Positions 37,938 to 47,304 of a stretch of DNA of 61,959 bases are shown one piece after another. Position 1 is the first letter of the stretch. Each line of letters opens with the position of its first letter. Source of the DNA: a virus (Duplodnaviria; Caudoviricetes); the IMG/VR virus record IMGVR_UViG_3300005573_000100, positions 1 to 61,959 of that record; one strand, written 5' to 3'. A program made the translations under genes and the position numbers. Below the pieces are notes generated by a model. The model was not told the origin of the DNA. It worked only from the letters and a program-made list of their open reading frames with translations, and did no database searches.

Positions 37938-38614
37938 TCAGTCTCCTTTTTAGTTCCCTTCCCTCTAGCTGCGCGCATTGCAGCCATTCGTCTTAATAGC
38001 TCTTCTCTTGCTGCTGCGGCTCTCTCAGCTTTCTCCCTAGACATCCTGCTCAATAGTTCATGGTTAAGTCTACCAGCAGGATTCGTCACCTCTGAAGATC
38101 CAGGCTGAACATTTCTATTTTTAGCTGCACGCATTGCGGCCATCCTTTTCAACATTTCTTGTCTCGCTTTCTCAGCCGGGGTCATTTCCTCTTCGTTTTC
38201 TTCCTCATCTTCTCCAGAATCTGCTTTTTTAGCCATAATCCTTGAGTAAAGCCCAGGATATTTATTCTTTATGGCTCTTAATACTTTAGCTTTTTCTTCA
38301 GGAGTTCCAAAAGCATTAACCCTTGCCCAGGCATTCCTCGCATGAGCCTCATCAGGCATTGGATAACTGCCTGGCCCAGGAGCCTTTTCAGGGATAGCAA
38401 AATCGCTCTTGGGAATTTCTTTACGCTCTTGATAAGACAATCTGGCGGCTATCTTAGAGAGTAATTCAGGGTAGTGCTCCTGAATACGTTTAGCTAAAGC
38501 CTCGATCATAGCATCTCTAGCTTCAGCTGCTTTGGTTAATCCACTGAAAAATCCTAGTTCTTTTAGCCTGGCTACCATGGCCTGAGCGGCTATTGCTTGG
38601 GTAAATTCGTCCAT
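37934..38614 (-). CDS. Putative virion protein with DUF6582-like domain and repeated C-terminal helix
   Basis: RKEIPKSDFAIP...YPMPDEAHARNAWARV..FGTPEEK; AR(Q/E)E(M/L)L(K/R)RMAAMRAA occurs twice; KAA/KIAA motifs. Confidence 0.6.
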   Translation of the reverse strand: MDEFTQAIAAQAMVARLKELGFFSGLTKAAEARDAMIEALAKRIQEHYPELLSKIAARLSYQERKEIPKSDFAIPEKAPGPGSYPMPDEAHARNAWARVNAFGTPEEKAKVLRAIKNKYPGLYSRIMAKKADSGEDEEENEEEMTPAEKARQEMLKRMAAMRAAKNRNVQPGSSEVTNPAGRLNHELLSRMSREKAERAAAAREELLRRMAAMRAARGKGTKKETE

Positions 38615-38710
38615 TAGTGTTCCTCCTATGCAATAAGATTACTCCAAAATAGTCCTATTGAAAACATCAGACTAATTATTGTAATTACTAATTTTTTAGA
38701 CTAATTAGCA

Positions 38711-40201
38711 CTAATCAGGTAAAAAACACAGCTTTCTTTTCCTTCCGATTCTGCGAAGTCTTCTTAGTGCACGGGTTTCTATTTGTCTAATACGCTCCCG
38801 AGTAACACTAAAGTTCTGACCTAGCTCTTTAAGGGTATGCTCTTCGTCATCCAAACCAAATCGCATACGCAAAATCTGCTGCTCCCTAGGGGTTAAAAAA
38901 GAAAATAATTTGTCAATCTGCTTTCTCAAATCGTCTTCAAGAACTTTACTCATCGGACTAGGAATATTGACATCAGGGATTAAGCCACCAACCGTATTTT
39001 CCCCATCTCCTATGGGAGTGTCGAGACTAATTGGGTCTTTTGTTACATCTAACATCTTTGCTATTTTAGTCGGTGATTCGTCCAAATGATTGGCCAACTC
39101 TGTGACAGTAGGCTCTCTATTCAAAAAAGATGTTAATTCGGAAGAAGCGGATGCGATTTTTGTTAGCATCTCTGTCACATGCACAGGTAGTCTAATAGTC
39201 CTCGATTGATCGGCTATAGCCCTTGTGATAGCCTGTTTAATCCACCATGTGGCATAAGTAGAAAATCTATATCCTTTCCAGCACTCAAACTTATCAACCG
39301 CCCTCATAAGCCCTATATTTCCTTCCTGAATCAAATCAAGGAACGAAATGGCTTTTCCGGCATAGTGTTTGGCTACACTTACTACGAGCCTAAGATTAGA
39401 TTTTGTCAAATCCTCTGTGAGCTTTTGCTCTTTTGCCCAAGCACTTTTTATTTTTTCTACAATCTCAGACGAAGCATCAAGACTTAGACCAAGTTCTTCC
39501 TCTATTCTTCTGATTTCCTTATGACAATTTACAATGGTTCTCTTGGCCTTGCCAAACACACCGTCAGATTGATTAAACCCAAGTCTGACGATGTCTGCAG
39601 CTGTCGCATCAAACATGTTCTCAATCTGTCTAATTCTATCGGTAAGTTTTTTACCTTGTTCTATAAGGTTTTCAATCTGTCTTAAAATGTCTTGTTTCTG
39701 TTGAAAGGTCAGGCCAAGTTCTTGGATAAGCTTAAACTCTTGCTCATTTAGTTCTTTCCATCTGTCGTTGTCTACGCTTAAACCATCAAGTTCGTTTTCC
39801 AATCTAATTAGTTGGTCTATAATAGAAAAAATCTCACTTCTATTCTGACTAGAGTCAAGTTCAAGACAAGATTCTTCTTCCATACAATCTTGATCGGTTT
39901 CTCTAAGACTTTGACCCCAGCTAATTAGTTCCGAAAATGCTTTCCTATGTAAAAAAAGGAGACGGGTAATGGTCTCCTTTATCTCCCCTATTTGTTCAGC
40001 CAAGTCAAATTCACTTACCCTATCCAATAGCGGATGAGAACCTATGTCCTTTAGATACCGTTTTACAAGGTCAACTGAGTTGTCAACTTGATAGACCGCC
40101 TCTTCCTCAATAGGTTCAGTTTCTTGGCTGGCTAAATCAATTTCGTGGAATCCAAAGGCTTGGTCATCAAAACCATCTCCACCGTCTCCTAAGCCACTCA
40201 T
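38711..40201 (-). CDS. RpoD-like sigma70 factor (regions 1.2, NCR, 2, 3, 4)
   Basis: YLKDIG.HPLL..E..LA; [11 protein letters not shown]; [17 protein letters not shown]; [29 protein letters not shown]; [25 protein letters not shown]. Confidence 0.96.
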   Translation of the reverse strand: MSGLGDGGDGFDDQAFGFHEIDLASQETEPIEEEAVYQVDNSVDLVKRYLKDIGSHPLLDRVSEFDLAEQIGEIKETITRLLFLHRKAFSELISWGQSLRETDQDCMEEESCLELDSSQNRSEIFSIIDQLIRLENELDGLSVDNDRWKELNEQEFKLIQELGLTFQQKQDILRQIENLIEQGKKLTDRIRQIENMFDATAADIVRLGFNQSDGVFGKAKRTIVNCHKEIRRIEEELGLSLDASSEIVEKIKSAWAKEQKLTEDLTKSNLRLVVSVAKHYAGKAISFLDLIQEGNIGLMRAVDKFECWKGYRFSTYATWWIKQAITRAIADQSRTIRLPVHVTEMLTKIASASSELTSFLNREPTVTELANHLDESPTKIAKMLDVTKDPISLDTPIGDGENTVGGLIPDVNIPSPMSKVLEDDLRKQIDKLFSFLTPREQQILRMRFGLDDEEHTLKELGQNFSVTRERIRQIETRALRRLRRIGRKRKLCFLPD

Positions 40202-40242
40202 CTTCGTTTCCTCCCTCTTTTTTTATTTTTTAATAGGATAAC

Positions 40243-40521
40243 TTAAGTTAAAACAATTTCAACTTCTTTAGTTTCAATAGGGACGTCTTTTGTTTCACCT
40301 GTTTTAGGATCATGATATTCTGCTTCTGCGTCACCCAACGTGCAATCATGTGTGCATTTACTTGTCAGTTCGGAATCAGGGACCAAGAAACGATAGCCAC
40401 AATCATCTTCCTGCCATACTTCTGATTCACCACAAAAAGGACATGTAACGACAAAAAACTTGACTTTGACTTTCATCCTCTTCTCCTTTCGGCGTTGGAA
40501 AATTTTCTCAAAATTATCCAC
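40243..40521 (-). CDS. Small Cys-containing protein
   Basis: CPFC...CTH; start uncertain (may be MKVKVK after AGGAG). Confidence 0.6.
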   Translation of the reverse strand: MDNFEKIFQRRKEKRMKVKVKFFVVTCPFCGESEVWQEDDCGYRFLVPDSELTSKCTHDCTLGDAEAEYHDPKTGETKDVPIETKEVEIVLT

Positions 40522-40576
40522 TCATAAAGAAGATAATTACGAAATTTAAAATGTCAAGTCAACCGACTATCAAACC

Positions 40577-40617
40577 AGGGGCTGGATGGGACTAACGAAC
40601 TTTCCCAACCAGCCCCT
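40577..40617 (-). terminator. Hairpin after gene 40630
   Basis: aggggctgg/ccagcccct stem with an inner tggga/tccca stem. Confidence 0.5.
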
Positions 40618-40629
40618 TGAACAGATAGT

Positions 40630-41325
40630 TCAAATCATTTCAAAAACGCTTTTCAGCGCCGCATCCAAAGGAGCGGCTATTTTTAGTTTCTTCAACATCT
40701 CCGCCTTCTTATCAGCAAGGAATTCTCCAAATTCCAACACGCTATCAAAGTAGAAATCCCAAGCTTTGTAACATTCTCGCACAATTACAATGTTCCCATA
40801 GGTTACTATGACATTGCTGGGGTCTTGATGACTTGGGATGATGTGTATGAAAAAATCATCAAGGTTTGTTTCATCCCCTATCTTTTTTGTTAGAAAATAG
40901 AAAGGCCAATAAAGCATAGAAGCCACATACTCGTTCAAATCCTCGCTATCTACCCATTTAATAGGAACCGCGGTTTCCCGACGGATTAAATAGTGGGCTG
41001 CAGCATAGCCTTTCGTATTATAAAGATCTATAAATTCCTTAGCTTCATCAGCTAGTTTTATTAGCTCCTTATGACCAATACTGCACGCGACCTTACCTTT
41101 CTTCCAAGATTCTCTCCTCAGTGTCCATAGACTTACCCCATATTTGTACATAAAATTTGAACCTTTTGTACATGTTGGGATATGGGTAGGAACAGACCCA
41201 AATGCTTTCTTTAGAGCCTTCCGTTGTCCCGGATCAATTCTTCTTGGAACAGGAGTAAAACAATCTGTTCCGCAGAACTTGCACACCGGGCGTTGTCTAT
41301 TATAGGTAACGTGGATACGCGACAT
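40630..41325 (-). CDS. Hypothetical protein
   Basis: AGGAGG RBS before MSRIHV; CKFC. Confidence 0.7.
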   Translation of the reverse strand: MSRIHVTYNRQRPVCKFCGTDCFTPVPRRIDPGQRKALKKAFGSVPTHIPTCTKGSNFMYKYGVSLWTLRRESWKKGKVACSIGHKELIKLADEAKEFIDLYNTKGYAAAHYLIRRETAVPIKWVDSEDLNEYVASMLYWPFYFLTKKIGDETNLDDFFIHIIPSHQDPSNVIVTYGNIVIVRECYKAWDFYFDSVLEFGEFLADKKAEMLKKLKIAAPLDAALKSVFEMI

Positions 41326-41336
41326 GTTATTCCTCC

Positions 41337-41798
41337 TTAAGCCGCCTCTATCTTGAAATACGGAGTGCACGCTTTTGGTTCAGTTCTGTCTACAATCTCT
41401 TTGGCTACAGCAGCACCGACATACTGAACAAACAGAGATTTCCAATCTATCTCCTTCCGCTTAGGAACAACTAACCTGGCGGTAAGAGACCCCCTCTCAA
41501 TTTTAGCTCCATTCAAAAGAAGTTTTAAAATTCTCTTCTTCTGTTTGGATATAAGTGTGTCGAGGTTTTCCCTCTCAGCCTCAAGAGCTCTTATAAAACG
41601 AAGAGACTCCTGAGAAATGAATCTGGTCTTCTCTGGTAATTCTACATTTGACAAAGTCGACCCACCAGCTTCATAAGCATCTACAACCTGCTTCTGTAGT
41701 TTTGATAGTTTGGCTTCCAATTCAAGAATGTTGTTATAAGTTTGATGTATTTCACTGATAACACTTGAATCAATAGCTACATTAGACTTGTTTTGCAT
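41337..41798 (-). CDS. Hypothetical coiled-coil protein
   Basis: AGGAGGT RBS. Confidence 0.7.
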   Translation of the reverse strand: MQNKSNVAIDSSVISEIHQTYNNILELEAKLSKLQKQVVDAYEAGGSTLSNVELPEKTRFISQESLRFIRALEAERENLDTLISKQKKRILKLLLNGAKIERGSLTARLVVPKRKEIDWKSLFVQYVGAAVAKEIVDRTEPKACTPYFKIEAA

Positions 41799-41832
41799 AA
41801 CTCGATAACCTCCTTTTTTTGGTTTGGTATTT

Positions 41833-42225
41833 TCAGAGTATTAACTCTGGTTCTTCTTTTTCTTCTTTATTTTGGCTGTAACGAATTACTACCGGTTCTT
41901 TTTTCTTTGACTTATAGATTTCTTTAACCTTATTCAGATCAATTACTAATGGATGAGAACTAATTTCCTTGAGGACTTCCTTTATCTGCTCAGGAGACTT
42001 CGGAAGTTCTGGGAAGATATAATTGAAAATCTTCGGAATATTATCCTGCAGTTTAGTCGGGTTGTTTATACCAGAGACTAATGCAATTATTTTGTCTACC
42101 TCAAATAGATACTCAACCCTTTTTGCTATAGCCGCCAACTCAAGTTCTGTTGAGTTAATTGGTTGGCTTAATTTATCATACCAGACTAAGAGGTAGAACC
42201 GGTTGGCGGGGATGCGAAAAAATTT
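41833..42225 (-). CDS. GT-like extension of the tail assembly chaperone (-1 frame)
   Basis: In the -1 frame relative to 42186..42773, with no convincing own RBS; overlaps the slippery A AAT TTT TTC. Confidence 0.6.
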   Translation of the reverse strand, partial: KFFRIPANRFYLLVWYDKLSQPINSTELELAAIAKRVEYLFEVDKIIALVSGINNPTKLQDNIPKIFNYIFPELPKSPEQIKEVLKEISSHPLVIDLNKVKEIYKSKKKEPVVIRYSQNKEEKEEPELIL

Positions 42226-42773
42226 ATGAACGAATCCTTTAGTTGTTTTACAATTTCTTCTGACATCCACGCCGCAAGCATTGACAAAAGTACCACTATT
42301 TCATTAGGTAAGCTCTTTATCAATTTTAGCTTGGCTTCGAGATACTCTTTCCATTTTGCGGTGTCGTTGATTGAAACCTCTGGCACATTCAGGAACTCAA
42401 CTCCTTTTAGTTTTATAGACCTTACTGACGCCGCAAGGTTGTAATCAACTAATATAGATGCTGTATCACAGGGTACCCCGCCTCTTGAGTGATAGACCTC
42501 AAAAGGAATATCACTAATTATGGAGCTTTCCTTTCTCTCTAATGATTTAAGTTCCACTGTTAGATCTTCACCAATACTAAATCGATAAGTAACATACCCC
42601 TGTCGGATGAAATCCACAAAATTTATCTTTGGAAAACCCTCAATAAATTTAGAGTGGATCGCAGAGGTTGCAAAAGGATTTGGAAATAAATCAGCTACTT
42701 CCAACTGTGTTTGTGATTTTTGCTCTTCCTGTTGTTTAGTCTCGGTATTTTCAGTTTCTTTCTTTTCTTCCAT
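42186..42773 (-). CDS. Tail assembly chaperone (G-like)
   Basis: Ends ...INFFASPPTGSTS just after a slippery heptamer; promoter TTGCTT-17-TATTAT at 42797..42825. Confidence 0.6.
   Translation of the reverse strand: MEEKKETENTETKQQEEQKSQTQLEVADLFPNPFATSAIHSKFIEGFPKINFVDFIRQGYVTYRFSIGEDLTVELKSLERKESSIISDIPFEVYHSRGGVPCDTASILVDYNLAASVRSIKLKGVEFLNVPEVSINDTAKWKEYLEAKLKLIKSLPNEIVVLLSMLAAWMSEEIVKQLKDSFINFFASPPTGSTS
42216..42225 (-). other. -1 programmed ribosomal frameshift site
   Basis: ATA AAT TTT TTC gives correctly phased A AAT TTT and T TTT TTC heptamers. Confidence 0.7.
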
Positions 42774-42897
42774 TTAAAATTCTCCTTTCTTCACTAATAA
42801 TAGCGCATAAATGCACAAAAAGCAAAAATAAAATTTCTTACATCTTGACGGGCACTATTTTTTATTGTAGAACTTTAATTCGTTAGGAGAAATCAAA

Positions 42898-43131
42898 ATG
42901 TCCACAGAATACTTATTATTTACATCATCTAATTGTCCGGCATGCGTAGAAGCAAAAAACATACTCAAGCGCAATGGAGTAAAGTTCAAAGAATGCGACG
43001 TTGAAAACGGGGGAGCCGACATAGCAAGGCGATACTCAATCTATTCCGTCCCCTCTCTTTTGGTGCTCAAAAACGGATCACCTGACGAGCTTATTGTCGG
43101 AGTTCAATCAAGACTTAAAGAACTCAGTTAG
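42898..43131 (+). CDS. Glutaredoxin/thioredoxin-like protein
   Basis: FTSSNCPAC..AK..L, SVP; promoter TTGACG-17-TAGAAC at 42845..42873. Confidence 0.85.
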   Translation: MSTEYLLFTSSNCPACVEAKNILKRNGVKFKECDVENGGADIARRYSIYSVPSLLVLKNGSPDELIVGVQSRLKELS

Positions 43132-43556
43132 ACTTTTTTTCGGCTCTGTTTATCAGGGGATTTATCAAGAACTCGCCTTCTGTCGGCCCTCTGTTTGCTG
43201 AGTGTAGAAGAACGCTCTTTGGAAAGAGCTTTGGATAGTTCTGTAGTATGCTTATTCCTGGCTCTTTCCCAACCACTCATTATGGATTTAAGTTCGTTCT
43301 CCAATAGAAATTTTATGTCTTCAGATAGTTCACCAGAAATAGAGACAGCGCAGCTTCTACAAATAGCCTTAGATACAGCAACTCTGTTAATCTTTAATCC
43401 TGCCACAGAAAGATTACTCAAAAAAATCTCAACCTCAAAATCTCCTTTCACCAATAAACTTCTACCTCCACAGTTTGTGCAGATACTTGACACTAAAACC
43501 TCCTTTCTTTCTTTTGATTTTTGGCCAACAGTGTCAAAATAGACACGGTTGAGCAT
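43128..43556 (-). CDS. Zinc-ribbon protein with basic tail
   Basis: CTNC...CRSC; leaderless start. Confidence 0.6.
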   Translation of the reverse strand: MLNRVYFDTVGQKSKERKEVLVSSICTNCGGRSLLVKGDFEVEIFLSNLSVAGLKINRVAVSKAICRSCAVSISGELSEDIKFLLENELKSIMSGWERARNKHTTELSKALSKERSSTLSKQRADRRRVLDKSPDKQSRKKV

Positions 43557-43624
43557 TCAACACTTTTATACCAAGATTTAGTGAATTCTTTCATGTTTCA
43601 AATATTTGACCTTTTGACAATTTT

Positions 43625-44155
43625 ATGATATTTTCTATGATAATGAAACCGCCACTTAAAACAAACTATGTTGATGACTTTCAAACACCACCAGAAGCTT
43701 TAGAGCCTCTCTATCCATTTCTTAAGCCTGGCTCTACAATCTGGGAGTGCGCCTGTGGCAAAGGGTACCTGGTCAAAGCGCTTCAGGAAAGAGGATACAA
43801 AGTCATAGGAACCGACATACTTACTGGGGTTGACTTTCTGAAAACCGATATGCCAGAAGCCGACTACATTGTTACAAATCCGCCATATAGCCTAAAACAG
43901 CAGTTTCTTGAAAGATGCTATGAACTAAAAAAGCCTTTTGCGCTATTACTTCCACTAACCACGTTTGAGACAGCTAAAAGACAAAGATTGTTCAAACAAT
44001 ACGGACTGGAAGTAATTTTCTTTGATAAAAGAATAAACTTTGAAACTCCTAATAAAATAGGAAAAAGCTCAAGCTGGTTCGCAACAGCTTGGTTCACTAA
44101 TTGGATGAACATAGGTAGAGCTTTTACTTTTGTAAGTCTAAAGTCTAATGAGTGA
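43625..44155 (+). CDS. DNA N6-adenine methyltransferase
   Basis: DDFQTP, IWECACGKG (SAM binding), DFL, IVTNPPYS, RINF. Confidence 0.88.
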   Translation: MIFSMIMKPPLKTNYVDDFQTPPEALEPLYPFLKPGSTIWECACGKGYLVKALQERGYKVIGTDILTGVDFLKTDMPEADYIVTNPPYSLKQQFLERCYELKKPFALLLPLTTFETAKRQRLFKQYGLEVIFFDKRINFETPNKIGKSSSWFATAWFTNWMNIGRAFTFVSLKSNE

Positions 44156-44163
44156 GGTAATAA

Positions 44164-44562
44164 ATGTATTTACTAAATCTTGCGCTTATACCACCAGTAA
44201 TAGAACCTAGGAAGCCTGGGCATTTCTCTGGGAGCATACTAATAATTGCAAGTGAGATGGATAAACAGCTATGTCAACAACAGGAACTATCTCTAACCTC
44301 TGGATATTTTGATATGAACAACTCTTGGGTGTTCAATAACCTGCCATTTGAATACATAGCCGACAAGTTCATTAAAATGTTCAAAGATGACCCTATAAAT
44401 ACTATGGCAGAAATAGAGGTACACATCTACAAAAAAGATAAGACTCTACTAATGATAAAACGACTAAGTCGAAAAGAAATGCTCGAGTTCGTTGACAAGC
44501 CTGTTAGTCTATTTAGACCTGTAGTAGAAGACCTCAAATGCTATGGCCTATGGAAAGACTAA
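44164..44562 (+). CDS. Hypothetical protein
   Basis: GAGGT RBS. Confidence 0.65.
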   Translation: MYLLNLALIPPVIEPRKPGHFSGSILIIASEMDKQLCQQQELSLTSGYFDMNNSWVFNNLPFEYIADKFIKMFKDDPINTMAEIEVHIYKKDKTLLMIKRLSRKEMLEFVDKPVSLFRPVVEDLKCYGLWKD

Positions 44563-44606
44563 AAAATTAGTTCAATAGCATTAAATAGTGCAGTAAAATA
44601 AAAAGT

Positions 44607-47129
44607 ATGTATGATTCTAACTATGTAAGCCAGCTAATTAGTGCACAACAGGTAGCTATGGCCAACAATATAAACCTTAGCAGGGCACTAGCTACCGGTG
44701 AGCAAGCTAATGTTCAACAGCCGCAGTTCATTACTCCATTATCTGGTGGCTGGAGTATGGTCTCTGCTCCTGGGGCCTGGCCTACACCGGTAATTACTAA
44801 TCCAATATCTTATGCTGCAAGACAAGCTGTTGGAGGAGTAGTATCTCAAATACCAGGGGTTGGTCCTATGGCAGCTATGGCGATACAACAAACTCCATAC
44901 ATATCTAATCCAGCGATAGAAGAAGCCAGAGAAGAGATAATAAGGAATGCCAGAGAATTTGCTGGTATGGGGCTAATGAAAACAGGAGTTTCGGCTGCTA
45001 CAACGGTCTGGGATTGGGGGGTAGCGATGCCTGCTGCCTCCATCTTCACCAAAGGTCTTGTAGGTACTGGTGTAATGGCTGCTCTTGCAGAAGGATCTTT
45101 TGGAACCGCAGCTCTCGCCAGCTTAGTGTGGGGAGGTGCATATGCTGCTCTTGCAGCCCCAGCTATGTTCGTTGGAAGCGCTGCCAAAAGAGCCTACAGA
45201 GAAGAACAAGAAATGACCTTAATGCAAGAATTCATCACCGGTCAAGAACTGAGACGCGGTGGGACTATACCAGCAAGAGGTGTAATACAACAAGCATTTG
45301 AAAAAATGACACAAATCCATCGTACAACCGGTATACCTATGCAAGACATTGAAAGTGTGGTTGCAGAAGCATATAGAGGTGGTGCATTAAGAAATATACA
45401 GAACATAGACGATTTCAACAGAGAAATGACCGCACTGGTTCAAGATGTAGACAAAATAGCTAGAGTTTTAATGACAACTAGAGAGGAAGCAACTAGAATG
45501 ATTAATTCTTTGATGGCTGGAGGTCTAAAAAGACAAGGTGCAGCATCCACCCTGCTTGCAACTGGAGCCACAGCAAAAGCTTTTGGAGTTGGTCCAGAAG
45601 AGCTAGAAGGAATAAAATACCTACTAGGGCAGGCTCTCCCATCAGGAGGTGCTCCAGGAAGAGAATTCGCCACCCAAACATTTACTCCACTGATGGCTGG
45701 TATGACAGATCAGGCTAAGTTGACTTTTGCCACACTGTTGGCTCAAGCAAGTGTACTTACTCCTCAATTGGGAATACTAAACGATAAGCAAATGGAACTG
45801 CTTAGAAACGGTCAACTGCGGATGCAGGATATTCTAGCAAGAACGCCAAAAACATACGAAGAGATGGTCAAATCATCTCAACGAGCTACGGATCCGAGAA
45901 ATGAGCTTGGTTTAGTTTACAGTCTTGCCAGAGCTTATGGGAGAAATGGGGATTTGTGGTCTGGGTTTTATAACTTAACTCAGCTAATATTGGGTAGAAC
46001 CCCTACGCTAGAAGAAGTAAACACAACAATAGCTCCTTTGGCTGCACTTGGAACGACCCCAGGCGGTATAGAAGAGTTATACAAAGCTATACGAAGTCAG
46101 CAAATAATACAACTAGCTAAGCCAGGAAAGACTATGAGCGAGTACTATGGAGAAATGTGGCGAAACTACAAGCAAGATCCATATAGCACTGTAGGTTTCT
46201 GGACCAGGCAGTACGATAAACTCACCAGATGGTTTAGCGGAGAAGGTGAATGGTTCAACTATTATTTTCAAAATATTCTTCCATGGCGCCGAGAAAAACA
46301 GATTGAGCTTTTTCCAGGAACCGAAAAGAGTCCAGCTTTTCTACTGGCAAATCCTATATCACCTAGCATTGCCCAAAATTTTTTAAACCACCTGGAACAA
46401 AAACTGCATAATATGGGAATTCAGCATTTGACTAGATCAGTAATTACAGACGCCGACAAGGGAGGAGCTATTGCTCTTAAACTCCTTGGTGAGTATGCTC
46501 AAAAACTTTCCGACCCGAACGTTAAGTTAGATAAAAGTAAGGAAAGAAAACAACTGTTGGCTAAGTTAAACGAAATAGACAATCGAGTAGATTGGCCAGA
46601 CGAACTTTCGAAGATAGAAAAAAACCCAAGCAAGTTCACAGAACTTAACACCTTATGGAATTTATATCTTGAGACCCAAGCTGGGCTACAAAAGAGCACT
46701 GTCGTCCAAACTGCAGTACAATCTCGAATAGTTAAAGCGACTGAAGGGCTAAAAGAAGAACAGAAAACCAAATATCAGACCGCATTACTCCAAGCTGCTG
46801 AAAGCCCTTCGTGGGCGAATCTCAAGGAGCTAGCCACGGTTCCCGAAGATATAATCAAAAAAGTCTTTGGTAAAGAATATTATAAGGGTATGAGTCCAGA
46901 AGAATTTAATGCCCTCGTTGTGAAATCCGCAGGAGTAAAACTAAAAGGAGCAGCCTATCCAAGCAAATTAGGAGAGGGCGCAACACAGGTCTATTCAAAT
47001 GAGGCGCAAATAGATGCACAGAACTTAACAATCAACGCACAGAAGATCGAACTGGTCTTGGGCAAAGATAGTAATATTCTAAACCTCATCAACCGAATCC
47101 GATATGGGGAGGGAGAAAATAAAAAATGA
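44607..47129 (+). CDS. Tape-measure-like protein
   Basis: 840 aa, Ala/Gly/Met-rich helical sequence with a hydrophobic stretch, upstream of baseplate-like genes. Confidence 0.55.
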   Translation: MYDSNYVSQLISAQQVAMANNINLSRALATGEQANVQQPQFITPLSGGWSMVSAPGAWPTPVITNPISYAARQAVGGVVSQIPGVGPMAAMAIQQTPYISNPAIEEAREEIIRNAREFAGMGLMKTGVSAATTVWDWGVAMPAASIFTKGLVGTGVMAALAEGSFGTAALASLVWGGAYAALAAPAMFVGSAAKRAYREEQEMTLMQEFITGQELRRGGTIPARGVIQQAFEKMTQIHRTTGIPMQDIESVVAEAYRGGALRNIQNIDDFNREMTALVQDVDKIARVLMTTREEATRMINSLMAGGLKRQGAASTLLATGATAKAFGVGPEELEGIKYLLGQALPSGGAPGREFATQTFTPLMAGMTDQAKLTFATLLAQASVLTPQLGILNDKQMELLRNGQLRMQDILARTPKTYEEMVKSSQRATDPRNELGLVYSLARAYGRNGDLWSGFYNLTQLILGRTPTLEEVNTTIAPLAALGTTPGGIEELYKAIRSQQIIQLAKPGKTMSEYYGEMWRNYKQDPYSTVGFWTRQYDKLTRWFSGEGEWFNYYFQNILPWRREKQIELFPGTEKSPAFLLANPISPSIAQNFLNHLEQKLHNMGIQHLTRSVITDADKGGAIALKLLGEYAQKLSDPNVKLDKSKERKQLLAKLNEIDNRVDWPDELSKIEKNPSKFTELNTLWNLYLETQAGLQKSTVVQTAVQSRIVKATEGLKEEQKTKYQTALLQAAESPSWANLKELATVPEDIIKKVFGKEYYKGMSPEEFNALVVKSAGVKLKGAAYPSKLGEGATQVYSNEAQIDAQNLTINAQKIELVLGKDSNILNLINRIRYGEGENKK

Positions 47130-47302
47130 AAGAAAAGTATAAAGTCACATTAGCAAATCAAGAAGTTACTTTTGAAGTTGGGCATCTTACTATATATGAT
47201 CTAATAGTATTCCGAGCAATAGAACAACTTACGATCCATCTATACGGAGTTCCCGAGCCAGAAAGAACAAAATGGAATGTTCAATATTTTATCAGGAGGT
47301 AA
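47126..47302 (+). CDS. 58-aa hypothetical protein (below the ORF-track cutoff)
   Basis: ATGA overlap with the upstream stop; MKEKYKVTLANQEVTFEVG...QYFIRR*; fills the gap. Confidence 0.55.
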   Translation: MKEKYKVTLANQEVTFEVGHLTIYDLIVFRAIEQLTIHLYGVPEPERTKWNVQYFIRR

Positions 47303-47304
47303 AA

